Of a DNA stretch of 64,000 bases, positions 8,634-17,149 are shown one piece after another. Location of the stretch: NCBI GenBank assembly GCA_040218735.1, contig JAVJQW010000050.1, forward strand, positions 1-64,000, in the 5' to 3' direction. Numbering within the stretch: the stretch's first letter is position 1; every line of letters starts with the position of its first letter. The position numbers were made by a program, and so were the translations under genes. Source of the stretch: Deltaproteobacteria bacterium. GTDB lineage: Bacteria > Myxococcota > Kuafuiibacteriia > Kuafuiibacteriales > Kuafuiibacteriaceae. Under the pieces are notes generated by a model. The model saw only the letters and a program-made list of their open reading frames with translations. It was not told where the DNA came from and searched no databases.

Positions 8634-9980
8634 CTACGACGAACGCAACGCTTCCTCGTCGACGCGCGACCTCCCGATCGCGAAGTAGTACACAAAACCA
8701 ACAACGAGGATCGCCGCGAACACCGCCGCGATCTCCGGGTTCGTCACGACGAACGCGATCAGCGTCAACACGCTCAAAACCAGGGCTACGAGCGGAAATA
8801 CGGGGTACGCGATCGCCTTGTAGGGGCGCGGCAGATCCGGCTCGTTCCGGCGCAGAAGCACCAAGCTGATCATCGAGACGATGTACAGCGACACGGCGCC
8901 GAAACACGCGAGCGTGATGATCTCACCGGTGCGTCCCGAGAGGATCGCGACGACGCCGAACACGAGGTTCACGAACAACGCGACGATCGGCGTCTGCGTC
9001 TTGGCGTTCACGCGGCCGAGCGGTCGAGGCAGGAATCCGGACCGCCCCATCTCCATCGTGGCCCGCCCCGCGGCCAAGATGATGCCGTGAAACGAAGCGA
9101 TCAACCCGAGCAGCCCGATGCCCAACAGCATGGTGTACAGCGGCGACTCGACGGCGACGACCTGCGCGAGCGCGAGCGGTAGCGGCGCGTCCGACTCCAC
9201 GGTCGAGCCCGGCGGGTAGACGATCGCGCGCCACCCTCCCACCGCGGTCGCCGTGAAGAACACGCCGAGCGCGAGCGTCACGAGCGTGAAGATGGCCGCG
9301 GAGAACCCGATCGCCACGTTCCGCTGCGGATCCTTCGCCTCCTCCGCGGCGTTCGCGACCCCTTCGATCGCCAGGTAGAACCACATCGCGAACGGCAGGC
9401 ACGCAAACGCCCCGCCCCACCCGTTGGGCAGCGGGTCGATCGCGAGGTTCGCGGGCTCGAACGACGGCGCGACCACCGCCATGAACACGAGCAGCTCCAC
9501 CACCGCGAGGATGGTGACGCCCAGCTCGAAGATCGCCGCCTGGCGCACGCCCCACGCGTTGATCCCCGTGAAGACGAGGAACGCGACGATCGCGATCATC
9601 TCGCGGTTCAGGCCCCCGTACTTCTGCGCGATGTACGCCGCGATGGCGCTCGCGATCGCGGGCGGCGCGAACACGAACTCGACGATCTGCACGAGCCCCG
9701 CGAAGAACGCCCCGACCGGCCCCAGCGCCCGCCCCGCGTACACGAACACGCCACCCGCCTTCGGCATCGCGCACGCGAGCTCCGTGTAGCTGAGGATGAA
9801 CGTGACGTAGAGGACGGTCATCACGACCGTCGCCGCGAGCATCCCGTAGGTGCCCCCGAGCGGCAGCCCGAGGTTCCACCCGAAGTACTCGCCGCTGATG
9901 ACGTACCCGACGCCGAGCCCCCAGAGCATCACGGGGCCGAGCGTCCGCTTCAGGCCGGGGTTGTTCGTTTCGGCGCTCAC
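8634..9980 (-). CDS. eat: Ethanolamine permease (APC family)
   Basis: LKRTLGPVMLWGLGVGYVISGEYFGWNLGL, WFYLAIEGVANAAEEAKDP, about 12 TM segments. Start inferred at GTG 9980. Confidence 0.85.
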   Translation of the reverse strand: MSAETNNPGLKRTLGPVMLWGLGVGYVISGEYFGWNLGLPLGGTYGMLAATVVMTVLYVTFILSYTELACAMPKAGGVFVYAGRALGPVGAFFAGLVQIVEFVFAPPAIASAIAAYIAQKYGGLNREMIAIVAFLVFTGINAWGVRQAAIFELGVTILAVVELLVFMAVVAPSFEPANLAIDPLPNGWGGAFACLPFAMWFYLAIEGVANAAEEAKDPQRNVAIGFSAAIFTLVTLALGVFFTATAVGGWRAIVYPPGSTVESDAPLPLALAQVVAVESPLYTMLLGIGLLGLIASFHGIILAAGRATMEMGRSGFLPRPLGRVNAKTQTPIVALFVNLVFGVVAILSGRTGEIITLACFGAVSLYIVSMISLVLLRRNEPDLPRPYKAIAYPVFPLVALVLSVLTLIAFVVTNPEIAAVFAAILVVGFVYYFAIGRSRVDEEALRSS

Positions 9981-10194
9981 GGGGCGAGAAGGTAGCAGGA
10001 GTGGGCCCCGGTATTCACTTCGCGGCCCCATCCTTCGCGCAGCGGAAGGGACAGCTCGGCCCCGTTGCCCGCGAAACGCGCCATCGCAAGACCGCTTTCG
10101 TACACGCGCCGCGGTCACCCCCCATAGGTGACAGCTATGGCGGCCATCGGCCGTGCCTATACCCGGGTTGGGGCGCGATCGCGCATGACCCGAC

Positions 10195-13100
10195 ATGCGA
10201 ACCCTTCTCGCGAGCATCCAGACCTCCACCCCTTGTCGGATCCCCTCCTCGTGGGGGGGCCTCGGCCTCTTGGTCGGCGCGCTCCTCGCGGTGACACCCG
10301 CCCCTGCCCTCGCCTTCGACACCGGCGTCTCCGACGACCGCGTGAGCCTCCCCGAGGGGCCGGGCGCCCTGGAGGGCGTCGGTGAGAACGTCAGCGTGGA
10401 CGACAACATGGGCCTCATGCGCTACGGCGTGTCGGTCGAGCTGCCCAACGGCTTCGACGGCCTGACCCCGGACCTGTCGTTCACCTACACCTCCGGCGGC
10501 GGATCGTCGGTCCTCGGCATGGGCTGGTCGATGGAGCTGCCCTCCATCGAGCGCATGACCATGCGCGGCGTGCCGCGCTACGACGAGACGGATCGCTTCG
10601 TCGCGGACGGCGGCAACGAGCTGGTCCGAGTCTTTGAGGGCGTGAGCGCCTCCGCGCCCGCAGTGTACCGGCAGCGCTTCGAGTCGAGCTTCACGCGCTA
10701 CACCTGGCACGACCGCGACGGCGGCAAGAGCGGGTACTGGCAGGCGGAGTACGCAGACGGCCGCGTCGGCTTCTTCGGCGCGGACCGAAACGGAACGCGC
10801 GTCCCCACCGCCGTCGAGGCCAACGGCGACGAGACGTTCAAGTACCACCTCGTCGAGCTCGTCGACGTCTACGGCCACCGCACGCGCTTCGACTACGTCA
10901 AGGACGGCGCCGTCTCGCTCGTGTCGACCGTCGCGTACGTCTTCACCGACGGCCAACCCACGTACCGCGTCGCGCTCACGTACGAAGGTCGCAGCGACAA
11001 CGTCTCCGACGCCAAGGCCGGGTTCGATCGCATCCTCACGCGGCGGCTCGCGGGGGTCCGCGTCGAGACCCGCGGCCAACAGCTTCGCCGCTACGCGCTG
11101 AGCTACGAAGACGACGCGCAGTCCGGGCGACGCACCCGCCTGCGTCGCATCGAGTCGTTCGGCAGCACCGACACCCGGTATCCGGTCGTCCACGGCTTCG
11201 GCTACTCGCGCGGCCTCGGCGCCCAGTGTGACGACGCGGAGTGCGGACGGCCGCTGCTCGTCGACATGACCAACGCCAACGGGCTCGGCGTGACGTTCCA
11301 GAGCGGGACCGCGAACCTCGTCGACATCAACGGCGACGCGCTACCAGACCTCGTCGACGCCTCCACGACCCGGCAGCGGCACCGCTTCTTCGTCAACCAG
11401 CTCGCCTCCGACGGCGCGCACACGTTCGCGAACCCGACGGACTCGGTGAACGGCCAGGTCTCGGCGTTTTCGCTCAACAACCCGCGCGTGCAGTTCATCG
11501 ACGTCAACGGCGACGGCTTCACCGACCTCCTCAGCGGCGGCACCACGGACCAGCAGGTCCTGCTCAACGACGGGTCCGGCGACTGGGCCCCCGTGCGCGA
11601 CCTCGCCGGTTCGGCCGTGTGGACGGGCGCCGACGCCGAGCTGCGCTTCATGGACTACGACAACGACATGGACGTCGACCTCCTCCGCAGCACCGCCACC
11701 GAGACGTTGGTCTTCGAGAACGACGGTGCCTTCGGCTTCACGCGCCGCGACCTCGCGCCGCTCGGCGTCGCCTTCTCCGAGAACATCCAGTTCACGGACA
11801 TGAACGGCGATGGCCTGCTCGAGATCGTCCAGCTGCAGGCCGGCGTGCTCCGCTACAAGACCAACTTCGGACGCGGGCGCTTCGCCGCGCAGTTCACCAC
11901 GCTGAGCCACCCCTTCGACGAGGCCGACGCAGCGCTCGCGCTGGTCGAAGACCTCGACGGCGATGGCTACGCGGACATCGTGGTCGCGACCGGCGACACG
12001 GTTCGCTACGTGCTCAACCGCAACGGCGAGTCGTTCGAACCGCTTCAGACCCTCGACGAGGCGAGTGGCCGGAGCCTGCCGAACCGCGAGTCGACGACCA
12101 CGGTGCTCGCCGCCGACATGAACGGCAACGGCTCGGTCGATGTGGTCTGGGTGAGCGCGACCGGGGTCGTGCAGTACCTGGACCTCTTCCCGGTGCGATC
12201 CCACCTCCTCACGCGCATCGAGAACGGGCTGGGGCGGGTGACGGCGATCGAGTACCAGCCGTCCGTCCAGCAGCGCGCGCTCTCCGCCGAGGAGGGCAGC
12301 CCGTGGATCCATCCGCTTCCGCACCCGATGGTGGTCGTGTCGCGGACGGACGAGTTCGACCTGCTGACCGACGTCCACGACGTCGTCGAGTACCGCTACC
12401 GCGACGGCTTCTACGACGGCGTCGAACGCCAGTTCCGCGGGTACGGCGAGGTCGTCCGGCTGATGCCCGGCGACGCTTCGACCGGGACGGGACGGATCCT
12501 CAGCCGCTACGACGTCGGTCGGACCGAGCCGCACCTCAACGGAACGCTGCGCGTCGTACGACGTGAATCGGACGACGCCGTCATCACCGAGACGACGAAC
12601 ACCTATGGCGACCCCGAGGCGTGCCCGGTGGCCGAGGTCCCGGACAACGCCACGCTGATCGAGCTCGGACGACGCCCGATCGGGTTCGCGTGCATGGTCG
12701 CGACCGAGACGGTGGTGCAGGAGGGCCTCGCCGCCAGCGAGCACGTCACGACCCGATCCACGATGGAGTACGGGGACGGCTACGGCAACGTCACCAAGAG
12801 CGCCAACCTCGGCGTCATCGCCGTCGGCGGCGGCGCGTGCAGCGCGTGCGCTCGCGGCGCCGCGGAGTTCGGTGCGCCCTGCGGCAACCAGTGCCTCGGC
12901 GACGAGCGGTTCGTCGAGCGGACCTACGTCGACGAGACCTCGGGGCGCTGGATCATCAACGTGCCCGCGACGGAGCGGGCCTTCGGCGTCGAAGGCGGCT
13001 CGCCCCTCTTCGCGCAGACCGACTACTACTACGACGGCGACGCCTTCGTCGGGCTGCCGGCCGGCCAGCTCACGCAAGGCAAGTTGACGCGCACCGAGGT

Positions 13101-16100
13101 GCGCGTCGACGACACCAAGACGATCCAGAGCCAGCGCCAGCGCTTCGACGCCCACGGCAACGTCATCGAGACGCTCGACCCGCTGGCTTCGATCGAAGGC
13201 CAGACGCACCGGCGTCGATACCGCTACGACGACGACGGACTGCGCGTCGTGCAGACCGAGGTGCTCAACCGCAAGCCGGACGGGACGCCGTACCAGCTGC
13301 GCCGCAACTACCAGTACGACGGGCTCTTCGACCGCCTGACGCTGGCGTCCGCGTGGATCCTCGTCGAGGGTGACACCGAGCGCACCGCCGCCGACGCGAC
13401 GGCCTACACGTACGACGTCTTCGGGCGACGGGCGAGCACGCTCTTCCCCGGCGACAACGGCGCGACCCCGACGTTCGAGTACACCTACGACCTCGGCAAT
13501 CCCACCACCCGCCTCATCGAGCGCCAACGCTCCGTGGCCGGGGGGACGCTCGACCTCGAGACCATCGTCTGCGTCGACGGACGCGGGCGTACGTTCCAGA
13601 CCCGCACGCGCCTCGCGTCGGGGCGCTACATCGTCGACGGGTTCACCGTCTTCAACCTGCGGTCGCAGCCGCTCGAGACGTTCCAGGCCTACGAGAGCTC
13701 TTCCGCGAACTGCGACGAGGCGCCGCCGACCGGCGTCGTCTCCCAGCAGTACCGCTACGACGGCGTGGGACGTCGCACCGAGACGATTCACCCCGACACG
13801 AACACGGCCGGCGGCGCCACCACCGAGCGCTACACGTTCCAACCGCTGCGGACGCTGATCTTCGACGGCGAGGACGGCGACGCGGCGAGCCCGCACCACG
13901 AGACGCCGACGGTGGAAGTCGTCGACGGCCTCGGCCGCATCGTGCGCGTGGAGCGCAACCTCGTCGACGCCACCGCGGTCACGCACCTCGAGTACGACGC
14001 CCTCGGGCACAGCGCCGGCTTCGTCGACGCCGACGGCAACGTGAAGAAGCAGACGTACGACGCGGTCGGACGGCTCTTGTCGATCGTCGATCCCAGCGCG
14101 GGCACTTCGACCTACGGCTACGACGACGCGAGCAACGTCGTGGAGCACACCGACGCCCGCGGCGTGACGGTGGCGTTCCGCTTCGACGGGCTCAACCGTG
14201 AGGTCGAACGCTTCGACGCCGCGAACCCGGAGGCCACCCGCATCGCGACCGAGTACGACAGCTCCGAGAACTGCGAGGCCAGTCGGTGCGCCAACACCGC
14301 CGGCCACATGGTGATGCGCACGTATCCGGCCGGCGCCGACTTCTTCGGCTACGACCTGCGGCGTCGCCCCTTCACGCAGGTGCGCGTGATCGAAGGGAAG
14401 ACGTACGAGCTCGAGACGCGCTTCGACAACGCCAACCGCGCCGTCGAGCGCATCTACCCGGACGGCCGGACGTTGGGCTTCGACTACGACGGTGCGTCGC
14501 GCATCGTCCGCATCGACGGCGTCCTGGACGAGGCCACCTATTCGGAGCAGGGCCTCCCGACCACGCGGCGTCGTGTGAGCGGTGTCGTGGACACGATTCG
14601 CTACGACCAGCGCCTGCGCGTCGTCGGTGTGGACGTCGAAGGCCCCTCAGGGCTCCTGCAGGCGATCGACGTCGGCCGTGACCGCGCGAGCAACGTCCTC
14701 CGCGTCGACGACGCGGCGCCGAACGCGATGCGGCCCGCGACGAAGTACACCTACGACGCGTGGTACCGATCGACCGAAGCCGACCTCGGCGGCGGCATCG
14801 AGACGATGACGTTCGACCTGGTCGACCGCATGCGGACCAAGAACGACGTCGCGTACACGTACGGGGACCGAATGGCCCCGACGTCCGTCGGCGACGCCGC
14901 GATGGACTACGACCCCGCCGGCTACGTCACGCGCGGCTACGGCTTCGACAACACGTGGGACTTCCTCGGTCGCATGGTCAGCAGCGCGGGTCAGCGCACG
15001 GTCCGTTCCGTCTACGGCGCAGACCATCGGCGCGTGGCTCGGCACGACGACGGCGGCGTCACGCACTACGTGGCTTCGGACTTCGAAGTGCGCGACGGGA
15101 TCTCGGTCATCTACGCGCGCATCGGTGAGCAGCGGATCGCCCGCCTGGAGTCCGCCGACTTCGCATCGACCTGGCTCGGTCGCCCGAGCGAGGCCGTGAA
15201 CGCCGGGACCGCGTACCGCGAGCGCCTCGCCGACGTGTCCCAGGGCGACGCGTGGCTGGCTGCCGCCGCGCGACGCATGCTGACGGCGGGACGTTCGAAC
15301 GTCGTCGCGCTGCACCACGATCACCTCGGCTCCGTCACGCTCGCCACGGGCGCGGACGCCGAGCTCCTCGGACGCCGAGCGTTCGGTGTGTTCGGCGCGG
15401 TCTCGGACGAGACCGGCTGGGTCGACCGCTACGGGTTCACCGGTCAGGAGCACGAGCCCCACACGGGCTTCATCCACTTCGCGCATCGGTTCCTCTCCAC
15501 CGAGAGCGGCCTGTGGCTCAGCCCCGACCCGGCGTTCGCCGCGGTGACGTCGGCCGAGCTGAACCGGCTCCCGGAGGCGATCGCGCGCTACAGCTACGTG
15601 CTCAACAACGCGGGAACGCTCGTAGACCCCGACGGCCTCAAGATCGAGAAGCCGTCGTTCAAGGGCTTCGTGAAGAAGGTCCAGGGCCTCGGCAATCGAA
15701 TCGCTCGGATTTTCCGGCGCGGTAACCAGGGCCAGCCCCGTTTCAGCGTAGACGTGGACGACATCGGTGGCATCCAGAACGTCCGCGGCGGTCAACCGCA
15801 GGGCGGTGACCGGGCAGCCAACGACAACGCAAGCGTCGCGTCGCGCAACTCGAGTCGCCAGTCGAGGCCGCTGAGCGTGCGGTCGTTCGACAGCGCGGCC
15901 ACCGGGGCGACGCGGATGTCCGCGCTCATGCTCGCGTTCACGCCGGAAGCCATGGAGGATGTGTTCCGGGCCGGCGGAGGTCACTCCGCCGAACCTGGCG
16001 GTGCGCACATGTCGCTTCCGGCGGCCCCACCGCCCGCCGCCGCCCCGCCCCCGGTGGCGCCGCCAAACCCCGCCGCGCAGGCGCCGCGCCCGCGCGGCAA

Positions 16101-16197
16101 CCTCCCGGCGAACTTCCGCCCGCACACGCCCCGGGGTCCGGTGACGCCGCCGGCGAAGATCTCCTCGTTGAACTACGACATCGAGCAGATGCTCTAG
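10195..16197 (+). CDS. Secreted SpvB/FG-GAP/YD-RHS repeat protein (TcB-TcC-like fusion) with cleavable C-terminal domain
   Basis: Signal-like N-terminus (ALLAVTPAPALA); PDLSFTYTSGGGSSVLGMGW (SpvB-like); DINGD/DMNGD FG-GAP repeats; YD repeats; RHS core HDHLGSV...YGFTGQE...YSYVLNN...DPDGL. Confidence 0.92.
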   Translation: MRTLLASIQTSTPCRIPSSWGGLGLLVGALLAVTPAPALAFDTGVSDDRVSLPEGPGALEGVGENVSVDDNMGLMRYGVSVELPNGFDGLTPDLSFTYTSGGGSSVLGMGWSMELPSIERMTMRGVPRYDETDRFVADGGNELVRVFEGVSASAPAVYRQRFESSFTRYTWHDRDGGKSGYWQAEYADGRVGFFGADRNGTRVPTAVEANGDETFKYHLVELVDVYGHRTRFDYVKDGAVSLVSTVAYVFTDGQPTYRVALTYEGRSDNVSDAKAGFDRILTRRLAGVRVETRGQQLRRYALSYEDDAQSGRRTRLRRIESFGSTDTRYPVVHGFGYSRGLGAQCDDAECGRPLLVDMTNANGLGVTFQSGTANLVDINGDALPDLVDASTTRQRHRFFVNQLASDGAHTFANPTDSVNGQVSAFSLNNPRVQFIDVNGDGFTDLLSGGTTDQQVLLNDGSGDWAPVRDLAGSAVWTGADAELRFMDYDNDMDVDLLRSTATETLVFENDGAFGFTRRDLAPLGVAFSENIQFTDMNGDGLLEIVQLQAGVLRYKTNFGRGRFAAQFTTLSHPFDEADAALALVEDLDGDGYADIVVATGDTVRYVLNRNGESFEPLQTLDEASGRSLPNRESTTTVLAADMNGNGSVDVVWVSATGVVQYLDLFPVRSHLLTRIENGLGRVTAIEYQPSVQQRALSAEEGSPWIHPLPHPMVVVSRTDEFDLLTDVHDVVEYRYRDGFYDGVERQFRGYGEVVRLMPGDASTGTGRILSRYDVGRTEPHLNGTLRVVRRESDDAVITETTNTYGDPEACPVAEVPDNATLIELGRRPIGFACMVATETVVQEGLAASEHVTTRSTMEYGDGYGNVTKSANLGVIAVGGGACSACARGAAEFGAPCGNQCLGDERFVERTYVDETSGRWIINVPATERAFGVEGGSPLFAQTDYYYDGDAFVGLPAGQLTQGKLTRTEVRVDDTKTIQSQRQRFDAHGNVIETLDPLASIEGQTHRRRYRYDDDGLRVVQTEVLNRKPDGTPYQLRRNYQYDGLFDRLTLASAWILVEGDTERTAADATAYTYDVFGRRASTLFPGDNGATPTFEYTYDLGNPTTRLIERQRSVAGGTLDLETIVCVDGRGRTFQTRTRLASGRYIVDGFTVFNLRSQPLETFQAYESSSANCDEAPPTGVVSQQYRYDGVGRRTETIHPDTNTAGGATTERYTFQPLRTLIFDGEDGDAASPHHETPTVEVVDGLGRIVRVERNLVDATAVTHLEYDALGHSAGFVDADGNVKKQTYDAVGRLLSIVDPSAGTSTYGYDDASNVVEHTDARGVTVAFRFDGLNREVERFDAANPEATRIATEYDSSENCEASRCANTAGHMVMRTYPAGADFFGYDLRRRPFTQVRVIEGKTYELETRFDNANRAVERIYPDGRTLGFDYDGASRIVRIDGVLDEATYSEQGLPTTRRRVSGVVDTIRYDQRLRVVGVDVEGPSGLLQAIDVGRDRASNVLRVDDAAPNAMRPATKYTYDAWYRSTEADLGGGIETMTFDLVDRMRTKNDVAYTYGDRMAPTSVGDAAMDYDPAGYVTRGYGFDNTWDFLGRMVSSAGQRTVRSVYGADHRRVARHDDGGVTHYVASDFEVRDGISVIYARIGEQRIARLESADFASTWLGRPSEAVNAGTAYRERLADVSQGDAWLAAAARRMLTAGRSNVVALHHDHLGSVTLATGADAELLGRRAFGVFGAVSDETGWVDRYGFTGQEHEPHTGFIHFAHRFLSTESGLWLSPDPAFAAVTSAELNRLPEAIARYSYVLNNAGTLVDPDGLKIEKPSFKGFVKKVQGLGNRIARIFRRGNQGQPRFSVDVDDIGGIQNVRGGQPQGGDRAANDNASVASRNSSRQSRPLSVRSFDSAATGATRMSALMLAFTPEAMEDVFRAGGGHSAEPGGAHMSLPAAPPPAAAPPPVAPPNPAAQAPRPRGNLPANFRPHTPRGPVTPPAKISSLNYDIEQML

Positions 16198-16209
16198 AGA
16201 CGCGCGACG

Positions 16210-16229
16210 GGGCGGCGTTCGCGCCGCCC
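16210..16229 (+). terminator. Hairpin after the RHS gene
   Basis: gggcggcg-ttcg-cgccgccc; no U-tract. Confidence 0.45.
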
Positions 16230-16258
16230 AATCCCCCTCGTGTGTTAAGGCTGCCGCG

Positions 16259-17134
16259 ATGGCGTCCTCTACGTTGCTCGGCAGGGGCCTCTCCGAGCGA
16301 TTCCTGATCGACCTCACGCGCGGCGACCTCGAGCCGTTGCTCGAATCCGTGAAGGCCCGCCGGCTGGATCTCCAGATTCGCGGCGGCTACCTGAACGTCT
16401 ACGATGGCCGCGCTTCGCTCCTGAAGCTGGAAGAAACACCGGCTGGCTATCGCGCGACGATTCACCACAAGTACGAGCCCGGCGATTTGGCGAGCGACGG
16501 TTCGGGGGACTATCGGACGAGGACGATTCCGGCCGACGAGGCCGCCCGTTGGGCGAACGACTTCGCGCAAACGTTGCCGCGACTGCAGGAGCAAGCGGCG
16601 GAGTTCGACAAGGACGAGGGTCGAGACGAGTTCGAGATCGCGATGGCGAATCGCGCCCCGCCGATCGTCGTCATCGACCGGCAGACCCGGCTGTCCGGTC
16701 ACCGCAGATCCCAGATGGATCTCTACGCCGCGGCGATCGAAGGCGACGTCGTTACGCTTCTCCTCGTCGAGCTGAAGCGCCAAGCCGCGGCCAACCCGAC
16801 GGACGTCTACGCCGCGGTCAAACAGATCGCCGACTACGCCGAGCTGCACGCACCGGGTGGCCACCTGAGGGAGGACATCGCGACCTCGCTGGAGACGATC
16901 GCCGAACAACGCGCTCGGCTCGGACTCATCGAACCACTCCCCGCGGACACCCGGCTCGCTTCGGTCCCGATTCGGGCCGTCGTCGCGATCGAGCTCCCCG
17001 CCGCCGAGCGCTTCACCCCGCCCGACGTCGTGGCCCAACCGCAAGAGGTCTGGTTCGCGCGCGTCGACCAGGAGACACACCGGTTCCAGCCGACCTCGGC
17101 GTGGTACCGGTGCGCGCCCGCCGCCGGGCGCTGA
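16259..17134 (+). CDS. Putative PD-(D/E)XK (NucS/RecB-like) nuclease
   Basis: E...IDRQ...MDL...LLLVELK...KQIADY, matching the D...ExK and QxxxY pattern. Confidence 0.6.
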   Translation: MASSTLLGRGLSERFLIDLTRGDLEPLLESVKARRLDLQIRGGYLNVYDGRASLLKLEETPAGYRATIHHKYEPGDLASDGSGDYRTRTIPADEAARWANDFAQTLPRLQEQAAEFDKDEGRDEFEIAMANRAPPIVVIDRQTRLSGHRRSQMDLYAAAIEGDVVTLLLVELKRQAAANPTDVYAAVKQIADYAELHAPGGHLREDIATSLETIAEQRARLGLIEPLPADTRLASVPIRAVVAIELPAAERFTPPDVVAQPQEVWFARVDQETHRFQPTSAWYRCAPAAGR

Positions 17135-17149
17135 CCACCGCGGATCGCG

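Noticed and set aside
9981-10418. Long N-terminal extension of the eat ORF
   Set aside because: Overlaps the divergent RHS gene; transporter similarity starts near 9980.
16259-17134. Immunity protein for the RHS toxin
   Set aside because: It carries nuclease-type motifs and is separated by a hairpin and a likely own promoter; not formally excluded.
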